The position numbers and the translations under genes are program-made. DNA of 50,315 nucleotides from an uncultured bacterium. Its GTDB lineage: Bacteria; Fidelibacterota; Marinisomatia; SCGC-AAA003-L08; TS1B11. The notes beneath the pieces are model-generated. The model ran no database searches and had not been told where the DNA came from. It saw only the letters and a list, made by a program, of their open reading frames with translations. This document shows positions 43,291-50,315 of this stretch, piece by piece. Location of the stretch: positions 1-50,315 of the forward strand of contig CAZQOY010000001.1 in the NCBI GenBank assembly GCA_964595095.1, in the 5' to 3' direction. Every line of letters starts with the position of its first letter. Position 1 is the first letter of the stretch.

Positions 43291-43640
43291 TGAACTGCAC
43301 CCTTCAAGCTGGACAGATTTCCTAATAGGTTAATTCATCTTTGATGCCCGTTGTAATTGATTTCGTACTTCGCTGGACTGACATAACCCAGCGCTGAGTG
43401 CAACCTTTCTTTGTTATAGACCTGTTCGATAAACTCCCCGAGCCGATCCCTTACTTCCTTCATGGAGCGATACTCCGTCAGGCAAACCTCTTCGCTCTTC
43501 AGAGTCTTGAAGAAACTTTCTGCCTGAGCGTCCTGACCGGACAGGTTATCGTAGGGGTTGCCCTTCCGCGACATGCTGCTCCTGAATCCGTATTCCAGCA
43601 GGAGACCGGCGGATGTCGCGCGCTGGATCCGGTGAGCCAA
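43291..43640 (-). mobile_element. IS3-family element remnant (transposase C-terminal ~100 codons plus terminal inverted repeat)
   Basis: ..SMSRKGNPYDN..AESFFKTLKSEEV...ERLHSALGYVSPAKYE is the rve C-terminal region; the upstream DD residues are absent. TGAACTGCACCCTTCAAGCTGGACAG at 43291 looks like an IS3/IS407-type terminal IR starting with TGA. Confidence 0.75.
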
Positions 43641-43806
43641 CCTTCAGCGTTTCGCTGCCGGTGAAGATGATACCTTGCTGACGGGCATCGATGATGCATA
43701 CCGAACGATGGCCCTGGTCGAGGCGCTCTATGAATCTGGCGCCAACGGCGCCATCCCCATTCCTGATCAGGTTGGAGAGACGTACCCTGGAAAATCAAAT
43801 CGATAG
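43636..43806 (+). pseudogene. 3' fragment of a Gfo/Idh/MocA-type oxidoreductase truncated at the IS3 junction
   Basis: The plus frame gives ..FAAGEDDTLLTGIDDAYRTMALVEALYESGANGAIPIP..* , which resembles the C-terminal helix region of Gfo/Idh/MocA enzymes. The frame opens at 43636, exactly where the IS3 homology ends. Confidence 0.45.
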
Positions 43807-44106
43807 GGAGAGGACCAGATGAGCAACAGGTTAAAGCATAAAACGGTCATCCTGAGTGCCGCCGGTTAGATGTCACCGATGCCACTGCGGCCACCCGGCC
43901 TGCCCGGCGGTGAGACGGGAACACCCGGCACTGACGGACGTAGGTCTGATTGCCTTGATTCAGCTTAGCCCATTAGCCCACGGTTTTCCCGTCCCGAAGG
44001 GATCCCTGCGGGAGAGGGACTCCTCTGGAGCAACCGTGGGGTTGGGGAGGCCTTCACCAATTCTCACTCTACGCCTTCTGCGCCCTCGGCGGTTTTCTTA
44101 TTCTTT

Positions 44107-44176
44107 GCTGATGGCTGACAGCTGACCGCCACCGGCAAAATACGAACAACCAATAACTAACGACTAACAACTAATT
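44107..44176. repeat. phase-locked heptanucleotide tract
   Basis: gctgatg gctgaca gctgacc gccaccg gcaaaat acgaaca accaata actaacg actaaca actaatt. The first ~28 nt (ttgctgatggctgacagctgaccgcc) are homologous to 35627-35653. Confidence 0.8.
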
Positions 44177-44401
44177 TTCGCGCACCAGGCGAACGACAAA
44201 CCTTCCCGACTCCCCTAACCTCAGGCACCATGACAATGGCGATAACATATTACTCCCATCACCTCCTACGCTCTGGAACGGGATTCAGCGAAAAGGGCAA
44301 AATTCCACACTCTGTATTCGCCCTGTCGACGGAAACTTTTTTGAAAATGGGGAATTTTGTAGGGATTTTGTTGAATTTTGGAACGTCAGGCTGGCCGCTG
44401 A

Positions 44402-44520
44402 CTTGTCCGGCGCTTGTCCGGCGCTTGTCCGGCGTAACGTAGTGTAGCCGGGTAACGTAGTGTAGCCGGGTAACGTACGGATCGCTCCACGCTATTCGCT
44501 CTTCTATCTTCGCTATTCGC
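44402..44520. repeat. compound tandem repeats directly upstream of proS
   Basis: cttgtccggcg x3 (44402-44434). taacgtagtgtagccggg x2 plus a partial copy (44435-44480). gctattc gctcttc tatcttc gctattc (44491-44518). Confidence 0.9.
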
Positions 44521-44537
44521 CCCCTAAATTCGGCCCT

Positions 44538-46025
44538 ATGTCCAAAGGCGTCACACCACGATCAAAAGACTACGCCCGCTGGTACACCGACGTGATCCGG
44601 AAGGCGGAGCTGGCCGACTACGGCCCGGTAAAGGGGACCATGGTCATCCGGCCCTATGGCTACGCCATCTGGGAGCTCCTGCAGGGAGCCTTTGACCGTC
44701 GCTTCAAGGCCACCGGCCACGTAAACGCCTACTTCCCCCTGTTAATACCTAAATCTTTCCTTGCCAAAGAAGCCGAGCACGTGGAGGGGTTCGCCAAGGA
44801 GTGCGCCGTTGTGACCCATTACCGGCTGCGTTCAGCTCCCGGGGGCGGTTTGGAGGTGGACCCCGAATCAAAGCTCGAGGAGGAACTTGTCATTCGACCC
44901 ACCAGCGAGACCGTCATTTGGGCCATGTACAAGCAGTGGATCAACTCCTACCGCGACTTGCCTATACTAATAAACCAGTGGGCCAACATTGTACGATGGG
45001 AGATGCGCACCCGGCTGTTTCTGCGCACAACCGAATTCCTCTGGCAGGAGGGACACACGGCCCACGCCACCGAAGAGGAGGCCCGGGAGGAGACTCTGCG
45101 CATCCTGGACCTGTACAAGGAGGTTGTAGAGACCGAGATGGCCCTGCCGGTTATCGCGAGCATCAAGACCGAGGCGGAGAAGTTCCCCGGCGCCGTAGAG
45201 ACCTGGTCCATTGAAGCAATGATGGGAGACGGACGGGCCCTGCAGGCCGGTACTTCGCATTTCCTGGGACAGAATTTCGCCAAGGCTTTCGATGTTACCT
45301 TCCGCAACGAGGCCAACGAAGAAGAATACGTTTGGGCTACCAGCTGGGGCGTATCCACCCGCCTGGTGGGCGCTTTAATCATGGCCCACGGTGATGACAA
45401 GGGATTGCGCCTGCCGCCCCACGTTGCCCCGATACAGGTGGTAATTGTCCCTATTTACACCGATGAAAGCAAGGCCACGGTAATGGAAGCTGCCAGGAAA
45501 CTCACGGCGGGCATTGAACAGTTCCGAATGGATCCCTCCGGGACTGGCGTGCGGGTAAAGTTTGACGACCGTGAAACCGTTACACCCGGCTACAAGTTCA
45601 ACGACTGGGAGATGAAGGGGGTCCCACTGCGGGTGGAAATCGGGCCCCGGGACGTAGCCGCCGGTCAGGCGGTAGTGGTGCGAAGGGACATAGACCAGAA
45701 ACAAACCCTTATCCTGGATTCCCTGCCAGCAGCCGTGCCAGACCTGCTCGAAGAGATCCAGGGCAGCCTCTATCAGCAGGCTGAGGAATACCGAACGTCA
45801 AACACCAGGCAGCTTAACGACATGAAAGCGCTTATAGACCTGATGGCAACGGGCGGCTTCGCAGTTTGTGGCTGGGATGGCGATCCGGATACCGAGGCCG
45901 CCATCAAGGAGGAGACCAAAGCCACTATCCGCTGTATTCTCCAGGATGAGGACCTGGCCGGCTTAAGCTGCATCTACACCGGCAAGCCCGCCAGATTCAA
46001 GGTAATACTGGCCCGGGCTTATTGA
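44538..46025 (+). CDS. proS: proline--tRNA ligase (archaeal/eukaryote-like type)
   Basis: 495 aa. N-terminus DYARWYTDVIRKAELADYGPVKGTMVIRPYGYAIWE, class II motifs (RPTSET, FLRTTEFLWQEGHT, GTSHFLGQNF), and C-terminal ..ARFKVILARAY. Confidence 0.95.
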   Translation: MSKGVTPRSKDYARWYTDVIRKAELADYGPVKGTMVIRPYGYAIWELLQGAFDRRFKATGHVNAYFPLLIPKSFLAKEAEHVEGFAKECAVVTHYRLRSAPGGGLEVDPESKLEEELVIRPTSETVIWAMYKQWINSYRDLPILINQWANIVRWEMRTRLFLRTTEFLWQEGHTAHATEEEAREETLRILDLYKEVVETEMALPVIASIKTEAEKFPGAVETWSIEAMMGDGRALQAGTSHFLGQNFAKAFDVTFRNEANEEEYVWATSWGVSTRLVGALIMAHGDDKGLRLPPHVAPIQVVIVPIYTDESKATVMEAARKLTAGIEQFRMDPSGTGVRVKFDDRETVTPGYKFNDWEMKGVPLRVEIGPRDVAAGQAVVVRRDIDQKQTLILDSLPAAVPDLLEEIQGSLYQQAEEYRTSNTRQLNDMKALIDLMATGGFAVCGWDGDPDTEAAIKEETKATIRCILQDEDLAGLSCIYTGKPARFKVILARAY

Positions 46026-46070
46026 GACGGCCGCAACAGCCCGGACAGGCTACAGCTGACCATAAGCAAC

Positions 46071-46967
46071 ATGAATAGCACGTCTTTTTCCCGCACCGTT
46101 ACGATCTGGCTGTTTTGGGGTCTGGTGCTAACGGTCGCACCGATCCCTGGTTTGTCATTTGCGCAGGAGAACGGAGAATCTCGGTCAAGCGGCAGCGCCC
46201 TGTCCGGGCAGATTGTCGACCGGTTCCTGCCCCACCCCCTGCCCGGGACAACGGCCACGACGACGACACTTTACCTCGGCGAGGAGCGGGTCTGGGTCCA
46301 CGTGCACGAGGGTCCGACGCCAGGCCTTACCTTTGTGAATCTGCACGACAACGAAAATACCAGCGCCGAGGCGGCGAAGGCGCATATTCTCAAGCACGGC
46401 GGTCGGTTGGTGGAGCTGGTACACGGCCGGGGGCGTGAGGTTGTTATCCGGCGACACGGTATTCTTCATCGCTTCGACCCCAACCGGATGTTTACCGAAA
46501 AAGGATTAAGACAAACACTGGATTTTTACCACAACTTAAACGCTGAGAATATCAGAATTGCTGCTGATTTCGCACAGAAACTGGCGGGCATTGTAAACAT
46601 CGTGAAGGACAAAGCCATTATCTCCGTCCATAACAACACCCCCGGTAAGCTCACCATCAAGGACTTCAAGCCCGGCCAGTGGTACGGCAAGGATGCCCGC
46701 GAAGTATTTATCAGCCCGGCTGAAGACCCCGACGATTTCTTCTTCACCAACTCACCCACCATATACCGTGCGCTCAGGACCCTGCGCTATAACGTTGCGC
46801 TTATGGCTGCCAATCCACCAGACCGAGGCACGCTGGTCAATTACGTGACAAAAAACGGGGGCATTTATGTCCTGGTTGAAGCAGAACACGGACATTTGAA
46901 TCGCCAAATAAGGATGCTGGAGGATCTTGATCTTCTATTGTCAGGCAATCCCCCGGCCACTGACTGA
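46071..46967 (+). CDS. hypothetical secreted protein
   Basis: Signal peptide TVTIWLFWGLVLTVAPIPGLSFAQE. The conserved-looking LHDNENTS...FDPNRMF segment hints at a hydrolase or amidase-like fold, but I cannot place the family. Confidence 0.55.
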   Translation: MNSTSFSRTVTIWLFWGLVLTVAPIPGLSFAQENGESRSSGSALSGQIVDRFLPHPLPGTTATTTTLYLGEERVWVHVHEGPTPGLTFVNLHDNENTSAEAAKAHILKHGGRLVELVHGRGREVVIRRHGILHRFDPNRMFTEKGLRQTLDFYHNLNAENIRIAADFAQKLAGIVNIVKDKAIISVHNNTPGKLTIKDFKPGQWYGKDAREVFISPAEDPDDFFFTNSPTIYRALRTLRYNVALMAANPPDRGTLVNYVTKNGGIYVLVEAEHGHLNRQIRMLEDLDLLLSGNPPATD

Positions 46968-47009
46968 AACAACACTAGCAAAAAAAACCAACTGAACCGA
47001 TTTAAAGTA

Positions 47010-47063
47010 TTGCGAATATTTCATGGGCAAATTATATTCTAGTATTCAAACGAATAGTAGAAT
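47010..47063 (+). promoter_or_regulatory. candidate promoter plus 12-4-12 inverted-repeat operator of the ArsR-rhodanese gene
   Basis: TTGCGA (47010-15), 17 nt, TATATT (47033-38). ATTCTAGTATTC (47036-47), aaac, GAATAGTAGAAT (47052-63) match in 11/12 positions as an inverted repeat that ends 6 nt before the GTG start. Confidence 0.55.
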
Positions 47064-47069
47064 TGTTCC

Positions 47070-47747
47070 GTGGAAACCAATTATAAAACGGTAAATAACA
47101 CTATATACTGCGAAATCGCACGTGTTGGTAAGGCTCTGGCAAACCCCATCCGTCTTGAACTGCTTCATCTTTTATGCCAAGCGCCGCGCACCGTGGAAAC
47201 CCTGGCTCAACTGACCGGACAATCGGTAGCTACCACATCCCATCATTTAAGGAAACTCCTGACAGCACGACTGTTAACCGCTGAGAAACGCGGGCTTTAT
47301 GTAACATATCGTCCTTCGGGCAATGACATAGGGAGCTTCTGGGAGCGGCTTCTTGACCTGGCGCATAATCACCTGGTTGATCTTCAACGACTGGTAAAAG
47401 CCGACCTCAATGAAACCGACTTATACCAGTCCGCTGAGCGCGTAACCCTGATGGCCAAAATGCGACGTGATGAAGTTGCTCTCATTGACGTACGTCCCGT
47501 TGAAGAATACAAGTCAGGACATATTCCCGGGGCTATATCAGTGCCACTGGAAAATTTGGAAGAAATGCTGCCATCACTACCCTGGAATCGCCAGATTGTC
47601 CTTTATGGCCGGGGACCTTTCTGTAATATATCACTGATGGCGATGAAGATTATCCGTCGCCATAACCGGAAAGCTAAATGCCTGACCGATGGCATTCTAC
47701 AGTGGCAAGCGGCTGGATTGCCATTAAGTGCCGGGGTTGATGATTAG
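47070..47747 (+). CDS. ArsR/SmtB-family transcriptional regulator fused to a rhodanese domain
   Basis: KALANPIRLELLHLL...TVETLAQLTGQSVATTSHHLRKLLTARLLTAEKRGLYVTY (wHTH). C-terminal ALIDVRPVEEYKSGHIPGAISVP...QIVLYGRGPFC (rhodanese). GTG start. Confidence 0.85.
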   Translation: METNYKTVNNTIYCEIARVGKALANPIRLELLHLLCQAPRTVETLAQLTGQSVATTSHHLRKLLTARLLTAEKRGLYVTYRPSGNDIGSFWERLLDLAHNHLVDLQRLVKADLNETDLYQSAERVTLMAKMRRDEVALIDVRPVEEYKSGHIPGAISVPLENLEEMLPSLPWNRQIVLYGRGPFCNISLMAMKIIRRHNRKAKCLTDGILQWQAAGLPLSAGVDD

Positions 47748-47806
47748 AAAAAATGTTTACTATTAGGTAAGGATAGAGCATTAAACCCCAAACCCCCGGT
47801 AAGCAG

Positions 47807-48829
47807 ATTCAGATAACCCGGCACGGTGGTCCTCGCGTACTACAAGTTGTAAAAGGCCCTCAAGCGCAACCACAGAGCGGGGAAATCATCATCCGAAGCC
47901 ACTTTGCCGGCATCAACTTCGCAGATATTATGACCCGCCTGGGACTTTATGCCGGCGCTCCAAGTCTACCATTTGTCCCGGGATTCGAAGTTGCCGGGGA
48001 GGTAATGCAAACGGGGCCGGGAGTGAACGACTATCGCCCTACTGACAGGGTTCTTGCCATTACCCGTTTTGGCGGTTACAGCAGCCACGTAGTGGTTCCC
48101 GTGGAACAGGTTCGGAAGATCCCTCAGGGCATTACGCTGGAGGCAGCCGCAGCCCTACCGGTTGCATACCTAACCGCCTATCTGATGATGTTTGATTTGG
48201 GCAACCTCCGTCCGGGACAGACCGTCCTGATCCACAATGCCGGCGGCGGAGTAGGCACTGCGGCGGTCCAACTGGCGAAGCTTGCCGAGGCGCGCATCTT
48301 CGGCACATCCTCGCGGGCCAAGCAGGAGCGCCTGCGTCGCATGGGTGTGGATCTATGCATTGACTACCGCAAAGAAGATTTCGTCCGCCTGGTGCGGGAC
48401 GCCACCGCCGGCCGGGGCGTGAACCTGATACTGGACGCCCAGGGCCCGGCTCATTTCAGGCGCAGCCTGAAGGCCCTCGCGCCCCTGGGCACCCTAGTCA
48501 TGTACGGCGTGCAGCAAAATATCGGAACGACCCGGCTGCTGTCGGCGCCCCTCAAGCTCATGTGGGAGCTGCTGGCTGTGCGGTTCACACCGCTGCGCCT
48601 GATGAACACCAACCGGGGCATTTACGGCTTTCACCTGGGACGTCTGTGGCATCACCCCGAGCCGGCAGCAAGGGCACTGGAACGGTTGGTCTCCTGGCAA
48701 GGGGAAGGCAAAATTGATCCCATAGTAGACCGCATCTTCCCCTATCATCAAGCCGCCAACGCCCATGCCTACATTCAGGACCGCCGGAACTTCGGCAAAG
48801 TGTTGTTGGATTTCAGGGAAACGAGATGA
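47807..48829 (+). CDS. MDR-family quinone oxidoreductase / zinc-type alcohol dehydrogenase-like protein (start codon unresolved)
   Basis: The track ORF starts at the ATG at 47930, but the same frame upstream encodes IQITRHGGPRVLQVVKGPQAQPQSGEIIIRSHFAGINFADI, the conserved MDR N-terminus. There is no ATG, GTG or TTG between the stop at 47774-47776 and 47930. 47807 is an ATT codon. The NAD(P) site LIHNAGGGVGTAAVQLAK is present. Confidence 0.75.
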   Translation: MQITRHGGPRVLQVVKGPQAQPQSGEIIIRSHFAGINFADIMTRLGLYAGAPSLPFVPGFEVAGEVMQTGPGVNDYRPTDRVLAITRFGGYSSHVVVPVEQVRKIPQGITLEAAAALPVAYLTAYLMMFDLGNLRPGQTVLIHNAGGGVGTAAVQLAKLAEARIFGTSSRAKQERLRRMGVDLCIDYRKEDFVRLVRDATAGRGVNLILDAQGPAHFRRSLKALAPLGTLVMYGVQQNIGTTRLLSAPLKLMWELLAVRFTPLRLMNTNRGIYGFHLGRLWHHPEPAARALERLVSWQGEGKIDPIVDRIFPYHQAANAHAYIQDRRNFGKVLLDFRETR

Positions 48830-48847
48830 GAACTGGTCGGTTAAAGA

Positions 48848-49093
48848 TTATTCGTGACCTGAGTGTTCGTATCGCTTCACCGCTAAAACGAGAATTCCCG
48901 CCCATTTTCTCTCAAACCGTGCCAGGGAGTGGTTCGCTACAACATACCGCCGGGCTTCTAAGCCCAAGGTCTTGGACAGATCCGGAATTTTCTCCAGCAG
49001 GTGCATTTTCTCACGCAGGCAGGCCACGTCGGATGACATGAAGCCGTTCTTCCCATCCACTATGGGCGCTATGGCAAAACTTTCCCTTGTCTC
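48848..49093 (-). pseudogene. C-terminal remnant of a GT1/GT4-type glycosyltransferase
   Basis: ..ESFAIAPIVDGKNGFMSSDVACLREKMHLLEKIPDLSKTLGLEARRYVVANHSLARFERKW resembles the ..E.FG....EAMA.G.PV......E.V.DG.NG.L....D...L...I..L......R..+...AR..... tail, but with the EAMA-G-PV block deleted. No N-terminal domain. Confidence 0.45.
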
Positions 49094-49139
49094 TCAGGCT
49101 CCGTACTGCCAAGATTCATGCCTGGCAGGATAAGTAATA

Positions 49140-50315
49140 ATGGCCGAAAAACATGCACTGGTTATCGTTGAGTCTCCCTCCAAGGCAAGAACCCTGCAGA
49201 AAGTTCTGGGGGACGAGTACAAAATAGTCGCCTCTGTAGGCCATATACGCGATCTGCCAGAGCGAGAAATGGGCGTTGACGCCGACCATGACTTCAAAGT
49301 CACCTACCAGGTATCCCCCGACAAGAAAAAGATAATCGCAGAGTTAAAAAAGGCAGTAAAAGAGGCGGAAGTGGTCTATCTGGCAACCGATCCGGACCGC
49401 GAGGGCGAAGCCATCAGCTGGCACCTGGTAGAGGCCCTAAAAATCACCGTTCCGACCCACCGCCTGGTCTTCCACGAAGTAACCAGTACGGCTATCCGCA
49501 ACGCTTTTCAGTCGCTGCGGGACATCGATATGCGCCTAGTGAAGGCCCAGGAAACCCGCCGTATACTCGACCGGCTGGTAGGCTATGAAATTTCTCCTAT
49601 CCTGTGGCGTAAGATCGCGCCCCGCCTGTCTGCCGGGAGAGTACAGAGTGCGGCTATCCGCCTGATTGTGGACCGGGAGCGAGGACGGGCACGTTTTAAG
49701 ACCGGTGAATGGTGGGATCTCGCTGCTGATTTTACTACCGGTGAAAGTAAAAGCTTCAACGCCTCGCTGATTCAGGTTGAAGGAAAACGTCTAGTAACCA
49801 GCAAGAACTTTGATCGAGTCACCGGCGAACTTAAAGCGGGAGCGGCGACCATCAAGCTTGACAAGCCTAAGGCTGAACGCTTGGCAAGTGAGCTAACCGG
49901 CCGCAATTGGCAAATAAGTGCCCTTGAAGAGAAGCCTTCCCGCCAGAATCCCTCACCACCCTTCACCACCAGCACCCTGCAGCAGGAGGCCTACCGAAAA
50001 ATGCGCTTCACTGCAAAAAGGACTATGATGGCAGCGCAGCGGCTGTATGAAGGGGGCTACATCACCTATATGCGCACCGACTCCACCAGCCTCTCTCAGG
50101 AAGCCCTTACCGCAGCAAGGAAGCTGATAAAAGAGAAATTCGGCGGGGAGTATCTGCCTGGCAAACCGCGGGTTTACAAAACCAAGGTAAAAAACGCCCA
50201 AGAGGCCCACGAGGCTATCAGACCCGCCGGAGCCCAATTCCGTGACCCGGAAGAAATTGCCAACCTGGAGAGGGACTTACAACGCCTCTATGAACTTATC
50301 TACCGGAGGGCCCTG
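49140..50315 (+). CDS. topA: DNA topoisomerase I, N-terminal 392 codons (continues past the window end)
   Basis: Not in the ORF track because it is open-ended. ATG at 49140. MAEKHALVIVESPSKARTLQKVLGDEYKIVASVGHIRDLP (TOPRIM), YLATDPDREGEAISWHL, RILDRLVGYEISPILW and GYITYMRTDST (active-site Tyr region). Confidence 0.95.
   Translation, partial: MAEKHALVIVESPSKARTLQKVLGDEYKIVASVGHIRDLPEREMGVDADHDFKVTYQVSPDKKKIIAELKKAVKEAEVVYLATDPDREGEAISWHLVEALKITVPTHRLVFHEVTSTAIRNAFQSLRDIDMRLVKAQETRRILDRLVGYEISPILWRKIAPRLSAGRVQSAAIRLIVDRERGRARFKTGEWWDLAADFTTGESKSFNASLIQVEGKRLVTSKNFDRVTGELKAGAATIKLDKPKAERLASELTGRNWQISALEEKPSRQNPSPPFTTSTLQQEAYRKMRFTAKRTMMAAQRLYEGGYITYMRTDSTSLSQEALTAARKLIKEKFGGEYLPGKPRVYKTKVKNAQEAHEAIRPAGAQFRDPEEIANLERDLQRLYELIYRRAL

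Noticed and set aside
44009-44036. A glycine-riboswitch-like string (GGGAGAGGGACTCCTCTGGAGCAACCG).
   Set aside because: Only a fragmentary resemblance. The conserved ACCGAAGGGGCAA and CTCAGGCA..GGAC elements are missing. It lies 500 nt from proS with repeats in between.
44402-44480. A possible CRISPR-like array.
   Set aside because: The repeats are directly adjacent with no spacers. The units are only 11 and 18 nt with 2-3 copies, and there are no cas genes.

Overview
About 50 kb of high-GC bacterial chromosome, roughly 60% G+C by eye, with three clearly lower-GC islets. The gene content suggests an uncultivated FCB-superphylum-like organism; this is inference from a CarboxypepD_reg-type TonB-dependent receptor, a sulfatase, GH32 and GH51 enzymes, an LVIVD protein and a TTTG-N19-TAnnTTTG-like promoter. 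I found no rRNA, tRNA or CRISPR array by eye.

Ordinary content:
- Metabolism and cofactors: PLP dehydratase, 5'-nucleotidase, saccharopine-dehydrogenase-like enzyme, aldo/keto reductase, gluconolactonase, ppdK, panD-panB-panC convergent with coaBC-nadC, and a GAF/MsrC-like protein.
- Envelope and carbohydrate use: TonB-dependent receptor, GH51, GH32, esterase, ICMT-like methyltransferase.
- Information processing and regulation: proS, an ArsR-rhodanese regulator, an MDR oxidoreductase, the topA 5' part, and the AmmeMemoRadiSam radical SAM enzyme.

Stand-out observations:
1. A tight seven-gene minus-strand operon (17096-24639) joins MotA, MotB, a divergent FliF-like protein and a FliG-like protein to three TPR, beta-rich or lipoprotein envelope proteins. 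No other flagellar gene occurs in the window.
2. A low-GC two-gene cassette (33371-34463) encodes a small RHH-like protein overlapping a tail-anchored, coiled-coil Dcd/dUTPase-fold protein. That protein seems to lack the Dcd catalytic Glu, so the pair is a candidate defence or TA-like module.
3. A low-GC cassette (15984-16972) encodes two unknown membrane proteins.
4. A low-GC Arch_ATPase islet is flanked by about 110-nt imperfect direct repeats that include a displaced copy of the amrS 3' end.
5. A family of intergenic tracts is built from phase-locked 7-nt (also 11- and 18-nt) stuttered repeats.
6. Decay and rearrangement signatures: a nadC fragment, a sulfatase with an in-frame TAG, IS21 and IS3 relics bracketing GH32, truncated Gfo/Idh/MocA and GT1 genes, and an MDR gene without a canonical start codon.

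All family calls come from by-eye motif recognition. No searches were run.
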